Under the pieces are notes generated by a model. That model saw only the letters and a program-made list of their open reading frames with translations. It was not told the DNA's origin and searched no databases. DNA of 64,000 nucleotides from Rhynchobatus australiae. Lineage: Eukaryota. Below, in pieces: positions 37,008 to 50,470 of the stretch. Each line of letters starts with the position of its first letter. The first letter of the stretch is position 1. The stretch lies in assembly GCA_034780895.1 (NCBI GenBank), contig JAUZTB010000001.1, positions 47,918,235 through 47,982,234 on the forward strand, in the 5' to 3' direction. The translations under genes and the position numbers were made by a program.

Positions 37008-37880
37008 TTCTTTTTCAATATTTTTATTAATTTCAAGTAAGTAGTACAAAATGCATGAATCAAAGGGGGGAAAAAAGAAAATATTACAAAATTGATTATA
37101 TTGAATCACATTAGGAATCACAGTGATTCATATCGATAAACAAAAAAAAGTAAGTTGATATTGATAAGTTGGAATAATTTTATTATTAAAAAAAATCTAA
37201 TCCTACTACCAAAACCAAAGCTGTTTAATGACATAAGTGATTTTTGAAAGTAGTTCAAAAAAGGTCCCTGTAATATTTGAAAGTTCAAAATAGATCTAGA
37301 AATAAAGCAATGGATCTTCTCTAAATTTAGATATGACATAACATCCCATAACCATTGAGTATGAGTGGGAAGAATAGTTTCCTTCCATTAAAGCAATATG
37401 GCTCTCCTAGCTATAAGAGAAATGGCCAATATGTGTAAGTCGGAAGTCTCCAAAATTATATCTTTTCTCCAGTGATCCCGAATAATGCAGTTAAAGGATT
37501 TGGCTTAATTTATTTTAAAAAGTACAGAAAAAGTTTGAAATACCTCTATCCAGAATTTTTCCAAACTCAGACATGACCAAAACATATGAATTAAAGAAGC
37601 CTCTCCATTATTGCATTTGTCGCAATAAGGAGATGTATCTGAATAGAAACACGATAACTTGTCTTTGAGCAGGTAAACTCTATGGACCACTTTAAATTGA
37701 AGGAGGGAGTGATGTGCACATAATGATGAAGTATTAACCAGTTTAAAAATTTGATTCCAGGTTTCCTCAGAAATTGAAATCTGCAGATCGCGTTCCCAAG
37801 CATTTTTAATTTTGTCTGAAGAGACCTTATTCATTCCTGATAATTTAGCATAAACCTTAGATATTGAAGCATGTTCATGC
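37008..37880 (-). mobile_element. 5'-truncated L1 LINE (ORF2 C-terminal zinc-binding region plus 3' UTR)
   Basis: WERDLQISISEETW..LLQFKVVHRVY..CDKC....ASLIHMFWSC..LEKFW (zf-RVT/CCHC-like); AATAAA and A-rich 3' end. Confidence 0.9.
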
Positions 37881-38459
37881 TTCATGCATTTTGTACTACT
37901 TATTTGAAATTAATAAAAATATTGAAAAAGAATCAAACAATTTCAGTGAGAGTCAATTAACATGAACATTTATTTATAGTCTTCCTGTGTGTAGTTACAA
38001 TGGTACAGAGTCAGAATGTCCCACATCCAGTGGCTAGTTTTGATGGCCTTAAAATATCAATGGATGTTACATTGTGTGATAAAGTATTTTACAAGAGTCA
38101 GTAGAAGAGAGAGCCTTGTCAGTTTCCAAAGCATATCTCTTAAGTGGCCTCCTGCAGTGAATGGGGAGCTGGTTCTGGTGTCTGTTTGATGACAGTGGGA
38201 GGTTACATGTAAACAGTTTTTTTCTGAAAGCTGGATGTCTTTTAAATTAACCAGCTGCTTCCCTTATTCCATAACTGTTTGCATTTCTGTAACTGACTTC
38301 CCTGTCTTGAAAAATTCTTTAAAAATGCATGGGAGAATTTGCATAAAGTCAGATTTCTGTAAGTCAGGTCTTCTATAACCTGAGGAGCCCCTGTATGCTT
38401 TCTTGATAATATATGCATTGAATTGAATTAGCTGAAGAGAGGAGGCATTTTTGATGGGG

Positions 38460-39170
38460 TGGGATCCTTTGGAAGTGGCTGAATCAGACCTCCACCTTGA
38501 ATCATTGGGAATGGAGTTGATCATGCAGTAGTCTCCTCATGAGTTGTTTCATTAGTCGTGAATGGATGTTGGAATTGGTATTGGCTGTAGGACATGGGAT
38601 TGCTATTCTCCATCTAGTATGCACATAGTCCTGTGCCATACAACATCAAGTTAGTACCTCATTTTCAAGTGCAGCAGGTTCTTCCCCCATGCTCTTCAAT
38701 CCTCACTGAACTGGGCTAGGTCTTCAATATGATGGCAAATGAGTAAAGTGAAAAACATACNNNNNNNNNNNNNTTAGCCATCGAGGTGAACTACAATTCC
38801 TCTTATTGTAAATGGCCCACAACATCTGCACCCTTTTCTGAGCTGCTGGATTTTTAAAAAATCTATCTCAATTGACTCCTGGTAGCACCACATAACATAA
38901 TGGAGGCATCCTCAGTGTGGGAACGGGACTTTGATACCACAAGCACGGTGCACTGGTCAGTCTTGATCTTGGACATTTGCATTTGTAACAAGGAGATTAT
39001 TGAGGATGAGATTAAGCAGATTTTTTTCCTTGTGTTGAGTTTCTCAGCTCTTGGCTATCAGCCCAGTTTGGCACTTCTATCCTTCAGGACTCAGCCAGTT
39101 CAATTAGTGGCATACCACTGAGCTGCTCTTGGTGATGAAAATTAAAGTCCCTCTCCAGATACATTTAGTG
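38460..39170 (-). mobile_element. Decayed CR1-clade LINE fragments
   Basis: Similar to 18340-18700 (aatggaggcatcctcagtgtgggaacgggact vs aatggagggcacctcaatttgaacaaaggact). Confidence 0.55.
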
Positions 39171-39544
39171 ATCCTGCAACCATTGGGAACTGCTAGTGGA
39201 GTGAGCTAATGGACAGATTTTGTTTATAAATTCTAGCAAAATGGAACTACGAACATTGACTGACTTAAATGCTGTTAATGTGTGAATGGGAAATCCTGAA
39301 TTTACTGATCAAGCTCCACTACTGCACTGCACATGGAGAGCAGTGTTGGAGCTGGATCTTGCTGAGACTCCCACACTTAGAATGGAGAGTCTGCTCTCGA
39401 AGCCTGCTCCTGGCCTGGAATCTGCAAAGCAAGTCACTTCAATGCAACTGTCTGACTCTGGGGAAGAAAGGCAAGATGAACAATGTTCAATTATTTGTGT
39501 TTAGTTTAAGGTCTGGATTTATTTAAAAGTGCTTTTGAGCTCAT

Positions 39545-39835
39545 TTTCACAGCTCCAGTGATCTTTGTTTGACTGAGATATCTGTGGAATTTGCATGTTC
39601 TCCCTGTAACCATGTGGGTGTCTCCTGAGTGCTCCCCACATCCCAAAGGTATGTTGGTTTGTACGTTAATTGGCTAATATAAATGACCCCTCATGAAGGA
39701 GTGTGGCAGGAGAATCGGTGGTAGACAGTTGATGACCATGTGAAAGAAAACAAGAAACTGGGAAATGACTAGGGGGAATGGGATTGCTCTGCATTGATTT
39801 GACGGACTGAATGACCTCCTTCTATTTCTAAGAAG
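39545..39835 (+). mobile_element. Decayed V-SINE/HE1-like SINE
   Basis: ctgtggaatttgcatgttctccctgtaaccatgtgggt..cctgagtgctccccacatcccaaag. Confidence 0.75.
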
Positions 39836-40089
39836 TACACATGGAAATATTAGGTATGCAATACAGCAATTGATCCATTGCCAAATGCAAATTTAAAATC
39901 CGAGATTAGTAGATTTTTGTTATGCAAAGGCTTTAAGGTCCACAGAGTTATATAACTCATGATCTCATTTGAATAGTGAAACAGGCTCGAGCAGCCAAAT
40001 GCCCTGTTCTTGTTCTGACATTTCTAAGGGAGGTAGTGAGATTCTCTCTTTTTAAAAGTGATTGACTGACACATATGTGGATTGGATGT

Positions 40090-40340
40090 TACTTGCCATA
40101 ACAGTTGTAGACTGGATGTTAGCCAGGTCTTGCTGTACACTGGCAAGGACTGCTTTATTATCTGAGGAGCTGAAAATAGCATTGAGCAATGCAATCATCA
40201 GCAAACATCTCCATTTCTGAATTAAGGTTGGAGATAAGTTTGTTAATGAGGCTGTTTAAAAAAAAACATTGAGCCCAATTTTCTGCTCTGAGGAATTCTT
40301 CCAGCTGTGTCCTGGGGCTAAGATGATTGAATTTCAAATA
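40090..40340 (-). mobile_element. CR1-clade RT fragment
   Basis: INKLISNLNSEMEMFADDC (YADD-type RT motif). Confidence 0.65.
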
Positions 40341-41518
40341 CNNNNNNNNNNNNNNNNNNNNNNNNNNNNNNNNNNNNNNNNNNNNNNNNNNNNNNNNNNN
40401 NNNNNNNNNNNNNNNNNNNNNNNNNNNNNNNNNNNNNNNNNNNNNNNNNNNNNNNNNNNNNNNNNNNNNNNNNNNNNNNNNNNNNNNNNNNNNNNNNNNN
40501 NNNNNNNNNNNNNNNNNNNNNNNNNNNNNNNNNNNNNNNNNNNNNNNNNNNNNNNNNNNNNNNNNNNNNNNNNNNNNNNNNNNNNNNNNNNNNNNNNNNN
40601 NNNNNNNNNNNNNNNNNNNNNNNNNNNNNNNNNNNNNNNNNNNNNNNNNNNNNNNNNNNNNNNNNNNNNNNNNNNNNNNNNNNNNNNNNNNNNNNNNNNN
40701 NNNNNNNNNNNNNNNNNNNNNNNNNNNNNNNNNNNNNNNNNNNNNNNNNNNNNNNNNNNNNNNNNNNNNNNNNNNNNNNNNNNNNNNNNNNNNNNNNNNN
40801 NNNNNNNNNNNNNNNNNNNNNNNNNNNNNNNNNNNNNNNNNNNNNNNNNNNNNNNNNNNNNNNNNNNNNNNNNNNNNNNNNNNNNNNNNNNNNNNNNNNN
40901 NNNNNNNNNNNAGGGGAACTAATTTTGGGGTGTTTACAGACTTCCTGATGGCATCCTCCTGTGCAATATGGTTCAAAGTTTACACTGTTCATGTAATGCA
41001 ATTTGCAGGCATGTTGTCAACAAGAAAACTTGTGGATCTAACAGCTTCTGGATTTCCTGTTAAGATTTCATTCTGTTCCTGCTCCATAATTTGCTTTGTT
41101 TAGAAAGGGAGTGGCAATTCTGTCTGAAGACAGCAGTATAACCACTTCCACTGAGGGTTCAAATGGCAAATGTCAGGAGGCTCCTGAGTTACACCTCCCT
41201 CTCTCTCTCTCTCAACACTTCTATGAAGTGTTCCTTTTAACCTTCATTGCTTGCAGGACAACAAAGCCCAGGTTCTTTGGTAAAGAATGATTACTCTCAA
41301 TCTGAATGGCTGGAAAGAAGAAAGTGAATGGGCTAGGTCTGAGTTCATGGAATTGTAAAAGAAATACATGACTAAAGGAGGTCATTCAGCTCACCTGAGT
41401 CCTTGTCTAAAGTTCCACGCTGACTTCTCTAAAGTCTATGCTGTCTCCTATCGGTCCCATTCTCCCTACTCTTTCCCAATATGCTGGTAACAGTGCCTAT
41501 CCAATTCCTTTTTGAAAG

Positions 41519-41826
41519 GGAAACAAAGGACTGCAGATGCTGGAATATAAATGAAAAACACAATGATGCTGGGGGAATTCAGCAGGCCAGGCAGCATCCA
41601 CGGAGAAAAGCAGGCGGTCAATGTTTTGGGTCAGGAACCTTCTTCAGGACAATTCTTTAGGATATCAACATTTCAGGCCAGGGCCCTTCTTCAGGACGTC
41701 AATGCTTTGGGACAGGACCCTCCTTCAGGACAGAAGAAGGGTCCTGACCTGAAATGTTGACCACTTGCCTTTCTCCATGGATGCTGACTGGCCTGCTGAG
41801 TTCCTCCAGCATCATTGTGTTTTTCA
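41519..41826. mobile_element. Inverted pair of Penelope-derived terminal repeats with tandem hammerhead-like cores, 13-bp TSD
   Basis: 41551-41650 is the approximate reverse complement of 41731-41827; TSD tcct(t/c)tttgaaag at 41506-41518 and 41827-41839. Confidence 0.85.
41664..41697 (-). ncRNA. Minimal type-I hammerhead ribozyme-like motif (catalytic boxes intact)
   Basis: gtc-CTGAAGA-agggccctggcct-GAAA-tg-TT-gat. Confidence 0.5.
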
Positions 41827-42124
41827 TCCTCTTTGAAAGCTCTGATTGACTCCGTTGCCAGCATCTTAATGGGAGTGATTTACAGATCACTCTGCCTCGA
41901 ACTTTTTCTCAGTCTTTAATCTTCTGCCCTTCAGCTTAAGCCATCTGAAAATGGAAATGTTTTTCCTGAGCACCTTGTAAGTAGAGGTGAAGAAAAGTTA
42001 GATGTTGGCACAACATAGTGGGTTAAAGGGCTTGTACTGTGCTGTTATGTTCTATAGTTCACGTCAAAGGGAAAAAGATACCCAACATGGGATTTTGGGG
42101 AGGCTTAAAGAAAAGAAACGATGA

Positions 42125-42365
42125 GGACAGTGGTACAGCTCGTAGAGCAGTAACCTCACAGCTCCAGTGATTGGGTTCAAATCGTCACCTCTGCTGTTGT
42201 CTGTGTGGAGTTCTTCCCTTTAACTATATGGGTTCCTTCTGGGTGCTCCTGCTTCATCCCATATCCCAAAAATGCATGGGGTGACGGGTTAATTAATCAC
42301 AGTAAGTTCCCCCTAATGTGTGATTGCATGTTAGAATCTAGGGAGAGGGGAGTTGATGAGTGTAT
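42125..42365 (+). mobile_element. V-SINE/HE1-like SINE
   Basis: cagtggtacagctcgtagagc..ctcacagctccag..gggttcaaatc..gtctgtgtggagtt..gggtgctcc. Confidence 0.75.
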
Positions 42366-42786
42366 GATAAGTTAGAAAAAATATCTTGTCACTCAAATTC
42401 AATACCTTGGCACCTACTATTTGAGTAGCAGGGATACGGAATAAATTCCAATATTTCAAGAAAACTGTGCATACAGATTTGTGGTGTGAGTTCTGCTATT
42501 TGCCACATTGGTAAGACATCAGTGTGTTGCTATAAATGAAAGGCAGAAGAAGGCAGAGTTGGCAGATCATTATGTCCATTACTATGTAAAGCTAATCTGA
42601 TGCGAGTTCTGCCAAAGTGGAGCTCCAGAGTCCAACAAACACCTTCTCTTAACTTTGTACCTTGCATGCGATGTATTGAATTTTCTCATATTTAGAAATA
42701 GCTAAAATTAAATAGATACATCAATTTATTTATACCACACCTGTATTGTTGTCAAAAGCTCCAGGCAAGTCAAGAAGGAAAAAAAG

Positions 42787-43125
42787 GAGACTGCAGATGC
42801 TGGAATCTGGAGCAAAAAACAAACTGCTGGAGGAACTCAGTGGGTCAAGCAGCATCTGTGGAGGCAGAGGGATAGTCAACATTTCAGATTGAAACCCTGC
42901 ATCAGGACTGAGGGTGTAGTGGGAAGATAGCTGGTATAAAGACGGGAGAGGGAGGGGTGATAAGGGGCTGCTAGGTTATAGGTGGAATCAGGTGAGATGA
43001 GGGATGATGGGCAGATGGAGCCAGGGTGGGGGGAGGGGGGAAGGGGTAGGTTAGAGACAGATGCTGGTGGGCGATAGGTGGAAACAGGCAAGGAAAAAAA
43101 ATTAAATGGGCAGATGGAGCCAAGT
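42787..43125 (-). mobile_element. Penelope-derived 3' region and terminal repeat
   Basis: gactgcagatgctggaatctggagc..ctggaggaactcag..gcagcatctgtggagg..gtcaacatttcag..ccctgcatcaggactg. Confidence 0.85.
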
Positions 43126-43589
43126 TTGTTTTTTGCAATATATTTTCTTTTTCAGTTGCAAATAATTTAATTTGTAACTCAGATGAATTTAATAATGAGA
43201 AAATATTCTGCTATCGTTATCAAAATACTTTGTTTTTGTCACACTGCCTTTATTTTAGACTGTTGTCTTCTGAGGATTCTGTGCTATTTCTCCTGGTGTC
43301 TCTCCATAATACCGGTGGTAACTGGGAAAATGATGGGTACAGCTGAAAACTGTTAGAGACAGGAGGATACACCAATTGCTTTATTGTACTGTAATTGTCA
43401 CATCTGAAAAGAGTGCTAAACAGTAAAAACAGCATCCAGTCATCAGAGCCAAGCAACTGCCAGCCAACAAATCAGATCAAACCTCGGCAGTCCCGCCACA
43501 TTGAGATGTGAATGGGATTGACAATGAAGCAGTTGATGGGAGAGAGAAGTCGACCCAGGAAAATATCCTTTTCCTTATTGATGGAGGGC

Positions 43590-44820
43590 CCAACTTGTGG
43601 GTGTTAACAAAAAGGCTGAAGCATTCACAGCCATGTTCAGCCAGAAGTGCCAAAAAAAAAGATCCATCCCTGCTTCCTCTTGAGATCCCCACCTCTATAG
43701 AACCTAGTCTTCAGCAAATTCTATTCACTCCACATGATATCAAGTAACGTATGAAAGCACTGGATACAACAAAGGTTATGGGATCAGAAAACATTTCAGG
43801 TGTTATACTAAAGACTTATGCTCCAGAACTAACCATGCCCCTAGCCAAGCTGATCCCACACAGATGCAAAACTAGCATCTACCAGACAGTGCAGAAAATT
43901 GCCCAGGTAACTCCTGTTCACAAAAAAACAGAACAAATTCGTTCCAGATAATTTACAATCCAATCAATCTATTCTCAATCACCAGCAAAATGATGCCTGG
44001 TGTTGTCAGTATTGTCAAGCATGGACCAAAAAGTTAAATTCCAGAAGTGATGTAAGAGTGACTGCCTTTGATATCAAAGCAGCATTAAGGAGCCCTGGTA
44101 AAACTAAAGCTCATGGGCATTAAGGGGAAAACATTCTAATGGGTGNNNNNNNNNNNNNNNNNNNNNNNNNNNNNNNNNNNNNNNNNNNNNNNNNNNNNNN
44201 NNNNNNNNNNNNNNNNNNNNNNNNNNNNNNNNNNNNNNNNNNNNNTCTAATGGGTGGAGCCACACCTTGCACAAAGAAATATGGCTGTGGTTGTTGGAAG
44301 TCAATCATCTCAGCCCCAGGATACCACTGCAGGAATTCCATAGGGCAATATCCTAGGCCCAATCATCTTCAGGTGCTTCATCAAAAACTATTCTTCCATT
44401 ATAAGACCAGAAGTAGGATGTTTACTGATGACTGTACAGTGTTCACTTCCAATCACAACTCCTCATCAAATGAAGCAATCCACACATGCATGCAACAAGA
44501 GCTAGACAACCTTCAGCCATGGGCTGATGAGTGGCAAGCCCCATAAATACTCTGGCTCTGAGAGTATTGAGACTGAGACTGGATATCTTGCTGCAGGTGA
44601 TTCTTCTCTTGGTACCCTTTCTATTAGCTACAAGGCACAAATCAAGAATATAATGGAATACACTCCACTTGTCTGGATGAATGCAGCTCTAACAACTTTA
44701 AAGAGGCATCCAAGACAAAGCAGCTCTCTTGAATGGTACCCTATCCTCCACTACTGGCACATAGTGGTTGTGGTGTGCACCATGTAAAAAATGCATTGCA
44801 GTTACTTGTCTAGGATCATT
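43590..44820 (+). mobile_element. Decayed CR1-clade LINE ORF2 (RT)
   Basis: KALDTTKVMGSENISGVILKTYAPELTMPLAKL..KIAQVTPVHKK; MFTDDC; YKAQIKNIMEYTPLVWMNAALTTLK. Confidence 0.85.
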
Positions 44821-47800
44821 TGANNNNNNNNNNNNNNNNNNNNNNNNNNNNNNNNNNNNNNNNNNNNNNNNNNNNNNNNNNNNNNNNNNNNNNNNNNNNN
44901 NNNNNNNNNNNNNNNNNNNNNNNNNNNNNNNNNNNNNNNNNNNNNNNNNNNNNNNNNNNNNNNNNNNNNNNNNNNNNNNNNNNNNNNNNNNNNNNNNNNN
45001 NNNNNNNNNNNNNNNNNNNNNNNNNNNNNNNNNNNNNNNNNNNNNNNNNNNNNNNNNNNNNNNNNNNNNNNNNNNNNNNNNNNNNNNNNNNNNNNNNNNN
45101 NNNNNNNNNNNNNNNNNNNNNNNNNNNNNNNNNNNNNNNNNNNNNNNNNNNNNNNNNNNNNNNNNNNNNNNNNNNNNNNNNNNNNNNNNNNNNNNNNNNN
45201 NNNNNNNNNNNNNNNNNNNNNNNNNNNNNNNNNNNNNNNNNNNNNNNNNNNNNNNNNNNNNNNNNNNNNNNNNNNNNNNAGAGTGGAAGAGCACAAACCC
45301 CTGGAGAACCTTTGATTTAGTGGAAAAGGAAGACAAAGCCATTAATCATGCCACAATTGACATTGCATCAAAAGAAACTAAATTGCCTTGAACTTACTGT
45401 GGAGGGCAATCATATTATGAATATTGCTCAATCATACGTGGCAGAGTCTGGAGATCTGACAAGCTGATGCCAAGTGACGCACCTGAGTGTTCCAAGAGCA
45501 AATTCCATTGCTGTGCCCATTGTAAGTAACAAGTTCTTTGGTGGGACAACCAAGCAGAATCCATGAGAGATTGGGAATGATTTTCAATGCAAGAAACAAC
45601 TTAGAAATAATAACAATTTCCAGAAAGCACACTGATTGTAAATTTAATTTTTAAAAGCCAGGAGGTGGTGATTTGATTAAAATGGAACAAAGTGGAAAAG
45701 TTGACATTTAGAATTTTTCACTGTAGTTGTTGAAATAAACTTTACATCAAAAATAGGGAATTGTTTAATGATGAGAGAAATTGTTTTTACATATTTTTCT
45801 GAAATAAATTAAAGATTCCCAGTTTCTATTTCCATTAACACACTATTGGTTACCCGTTCGATTTTATCACAAATTTTGAAAGAANNNNNNNNNNNNNNNN
45901 NNNNNNNNNNNNNNNNNNNNNNNNNNNNNNNNNNNNNNNNNNNNNNNNNNNNNNNNNNNNNNNNNNNNNNNNNNNNNNNNNNNNGAAAGAAAATTGTTAA
46001 TATTATCAATATTTTGAACATATTCTGGAAACCTATCGATCACAACAAATGAATCACATATTTGTTTATGAATTTGTGTATTAGTTAAACTCCGCATCAA
46101 ATCAAAAGAGAAAGATTTTTTTCAGCCTACATGCGTATTGTGGGCCGAATATTGAAGACAGTATATTGAAATATGGTAAACTGGAAAGTTAAATGATTTC
46201 TTGAATGACCTGCTTGAAATGCCCAATCAGACCTTTGCTTCAAAAGGCAAAGGTCAACAAAATGAAACAGCTTAATCACATCAACTGCAATAATTACTGT
46301 CTGGTCAAATTAATCAGCCTGTGAGCATGGGTGTGGAGTTGTAAATTCCATGTTTGCTGCTTCTGTCATATTGACTCCACAGCTGAGACGTGAGGGAGCC
46401 TGGCAGCTCTTTTTACATATTATTGTCCTGAAGTGTCCTGTGGAGCTGAAGCATTCTCCTCAGCTGCAGCCTGCAGAAGTTTCACACTGTGGATGCCGCT
46501 TAATGACAAGCTGTTGTTTTTAACCAAATGAGCAAGTACTACTAATCAAAGCTCCATCAATACGTCGGTTCTGCAGCAATCCTGCAGATTAACTATATGT
46601 TAGCAATGAACAATTATAAATTTAAAGTAAGAAATACATCTGAACTAAAAAATGGAAAATATAGAGAGAACGTATGCTTACAAAAAACAGTTAATTTACC
46701 ATCTAAGGTCTGTTTTAAAACAGGCTTAAGTTTGTACAATTAATCAACCTCTTGGCCCTAAAGTGGCCCATTCCAAATCCTGGGATAAGCTTGTGTTGAT
46801 AATTGAGGTTGGTTTCCTGCCACACTAAGATTACAGAAAAGAAAAAGGGACAAAATATTTTCCAGTTTGTATTCTGATGTTGTACTGCCCCTGTGACNNN
46901 NNNNNNNNNNNNNNNNNNNNNNNNNNNNNNNNNNNNNNNNNNNNNNNNNNNNNNNNNNNNNNNNNNNNNNNNNNNNNNNNNNNNNNNNNNNNNNNNNACA
47001 ACAGCAGCTGAACCTTTTGAGATTGAATGTAATTTCACTTTTGAATTTTGTATTTTAGATTTACAATGGTACAAAGCCTAGCATGAACAGTGGTATTAGA
47101 ATTCACAACAATATCCAAGAGGTACTGTGAAGTGCCTCTTTCCCCTGTATGAAGGATAAGTTATTTAACAATTGTGCAAAGTGTATGATGCTGAAGAATA
47201 TTTTTTACTTTCAAAAAGAGCTATCAGTTTCTTTTGCTTAATTTCCAATGAATGTTTTTGTTTCAGGGTAAGATCTACAGAAACATTGGAATTTGCAATT
47301 GTAATAACAGAGAATCTGTCAGCATGTTCTGTACTTACCATGTAAAACTGACAGCAATTCATGGTGGAGTTAAATGCAGAAATAAAAAAATTACTCTCCA
47401 CGGTCCTTCAGAGGGTGTAATGTTGCAAACTGAACAAAGCAATCAGCACAGAATCACTGGTTTGCCATAAGCCTCAACTCATTATGTACTGAGACAAAGA
47501 ACAGAAAATGCTGGAGATACTCAGCAGATCAGGGAGCATCTGTGGAGAGAGAAAACGCAATTGGTCCAAATGCAGAGGACCAGCTTAGCCGGCCCAAGAT
47601 ACCCCAGAGCCTAGCAGCTTCGCCAGGGCTCTGTGAAGCCCTCCACCAAAATAGTGGGGGCATGTTGCCCCCAAATGCCCTTGATAGCCTTTGATAAGAC
47701 TGGCCAGAAGACTGGTCCTTATTTCAGTTTAAACAGCCAAGTGCTGACAATCCTGTTTGGAAATGATGGCAGTAGCCAACAAGATCCAGTCTGTTATTGA

Positions 47801-50104
47801 TCCTGTTTAAAAAAACTGAAGATATCAAACTATTTTGAATTAAGTATATTTGAGTTTTTAAATGGGCAAGTCACATAATTACTACTGAAAATCCTCACAG
47901 GTTCTGAAAAACTAATTTTACAAGAATTAAGTGACTTTTCCTCAGAATAAAATTTGATAATTCCATTATTTTTAACATGAGATATAGGGAAGTGAATTCA
48001 CTAATATTTTCATAGAGATATAGAGCTTTGTACACTTTCCTTGCTACCCGTTGGGGAGAGGCTCANNNNNNNNNNNNNNNNNNNNNNNNNNNNNNNNNNN
48101 NNNNNNNNNNNNNNNNNNNNNNNNNNNNNNNNNNNNNNNNNNNNNNNNNNNNNNNNNNNNNNNNNNNNNNNNNNNNNNNNNNNNNNNNNNNNNNNNNNNN
48201 NNNNNNNNNNNNNNNNNNNNNNNNNNNNNNNNNNNNNNNNNNNNNNNNNNTCATTATTCACATGGTGGATTAACCTGAAAACACCTGTTAGGTGAGGTTA
48301 CCAGAGGATACCAACTATGAGTGGAATTATATTGTCAGAAGGAGAAGGGAAAAGTCATGAGAAAAAAATAAAACACTGATATTATGAAAGTATAACATCA
48401 ACATTCTGTAAGCTCAGGCATTCCTATTACTTAGTAAAATAACTACAGTGGTAATGGAACGAAGATTCTGCTAAAAAGACATACCACTTCCTTTGTTTCA
48501 NNNNNNNNNNTGAACAACCAGGCTTTTAGTACATATGCTGCCTACCTGAACTCCAGTTTTACATCTCGGTGTCAACCTTTTCCATAAGGAGTTCCTATTT
48601 ATTATGGACCTTGCACTCTTTGGGGAAGATCCTTGCTGGAATCAAATTTCTGAAACTTTCAACATAGACAGTAGATCACATAGAAGTTGTGGGGATGTAT
48701 TCAGTATCATTGGGATGGCAGGTGCCAGCTGCAAACACCTGCCAGCCCATCACTTGGAAATTGGAGATCTGGATTCCATTAGCATGGGATTATTGAGTCC
48801 GCTCCAAATGAAACATAGTTTCTGTTCACTTAGGTCACTTTACCAAGGTGCCAACTGGTGGCTGCTCAAAAAATATCCTCATTTTTCTGGATCCAGGCTG
48901 CCTTCTGTGCTTGCAAAATCTGTTTACATTATTTTATTTTAATCATTCCTTCAGCTTTTGATGGGACTGCAAAGGACTTACTCTGGTTTCGACTTAGATT
49001 AGGGAAGCAGGGGCTTCCAGTACTGGGGATCTCCATCGCTTTATATAACTATAATAGACAGCTGGAAGACTCCACCTCCTGCAAAGGGAGGGACTCAGCA
49101 GATGTGGATCCTGTTTCTGTTTTGCTGTACTCCTGTTTCACAGGGTAATTACAGCTCCGGTGTGTTTTGCTTGTGTAATCTAGTCCCTGCTTACAATTGC
49201 ACAGTTTGGTCATTGGGTGGCTCTCAGGACCGATTCTGAATTGTTTCCCCATGTCTTCATATAAGCTTATATATTTTAGGCTTTCAATTTGATTTCCTGT
49301 TACTATTTTTTTCCTGAACTTTGCTGCACTTTTAGACCTTAACTCTGCCTATTTTACTTTTACTATAGCTCCACCACTGTTGACTGATTGCCTCCAAAAA
49401 AGTGTCTTATTTGTGAGAGTTGTCAGAATCTCAAGGCCTTATGAAAAATGTTGAATTCACACCCTTAACATTCAGACGATCCTTTCCAGCAATGAAAAGC
49501 TTCTGCCTGTTAATGCTGCATTGCTGCCATATCCAAAAAATCCATTCACTTGTTGCATCTGATGCTTCATGACATTACTTTTCAATGTGCCAACACTGTC
49601 CTTGTACAGTCCCAAAATAATAAGCATTTTTGTGCCTCTGGTCAGATTTACAAGCACAGTTTGAAAAAATGTGAATATCCATGTTAATCCTCCTTTATGA
49701 CCCAACCCGGTATTGAATTTGGTTTGTCGCCCAACAATTGGCTCCACTGGTGTTAATCTGCATGAAGAACAAACTGGAAATATCACCAGCATGCGAATAG
49801 AAAAGCATAGTCCATTGTCATTTAATTCGTCCAAGAAACTTCGGGATATTTTTAAAATATATTTTTCAGATTTCAAGCAGCTGCTGTGTTTTGCTTTCAT
49901 GGCAATCTATATATCACCAGCATGCTTTTTCTTCTGGCTACTTTAAGATCAACTGCATTATAGATTCATTTCAACTTAACAAATTGTGGAATCAGTTGTG
50001 CACCTCTGTGTTACAAAGCATTGAATAAAACCAGTTGGTTTGATTATTTTTAAAAAATGACACGACCATCTCTTGTACCTTCACTTTTACATGTTTTGCC
50101 GACA

Positions 50105-50470
50105 ATCATAAGAATGCGAGAACAGAAGNNNNNNNNNNNNNNNNNNNNNNNNNNNNNNNNNNNNNNNNNNNNNNNNNNNNNNNNNNNNNNNNNNNNNNNN
50201 NNNNNNNNNNNNNNNNNNNNNNNNNNNNGAACAGAAGAAATAGGAGCCAGAATAAGTCAAACAGCCCCTGAACTCTGCTCTGCAATTCAATATTTTGGCC
50301 GCGTCTTTAAATCTCCCAAGTTCCTACCCAATCCCATCCCCTGGTGTCCAAAAATCTTTTATTGTCACCCTTCAATATATCCAATAACTGAGCATTCTCA
50401 GCCCTCTTAGAACAAGAATTCCAAAGAATTAAAACTCTGAGGAAAGAAATTTCCCCTCAATATGATACCG
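50105..50470 (-). mobile_element. Old CR1 3' end
   Basis: cataagaa..gaaataggagc..cagccc..ctgctctgcaattcaata..agaattccaaaga..aagaaatttcccctca. Confidence 0.55.

Larger units (their letters stand above)
41345..41960 (-). mobile_element. Old CR1 3' end interrupted by a nested Penelope-derived insertion
   Basis: CR1 tail (ggaggtcattcagctc...cctatccaattcctttttgaaag) resumes after 41839 (ctctgattgactcc...gggagtgatttacagatcac). Confidence 0.6.

Noticed and set aside
39286-39504. Protein-like 72-aa plus-strand ORF
   Set aside because: No homology recognised and no consistent exon chain.
46300-46620. Non-repeat block with several TAAT motifs, enhancer-like in appearance
   Set aside because: Conservation cannot be assessed from this sequence alone, and the motifs are common by chance.
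49472-49900. 142-aa minus-strand ORF with an acceptor-like site
   Set aside because: No recognisable domain or partner exons.
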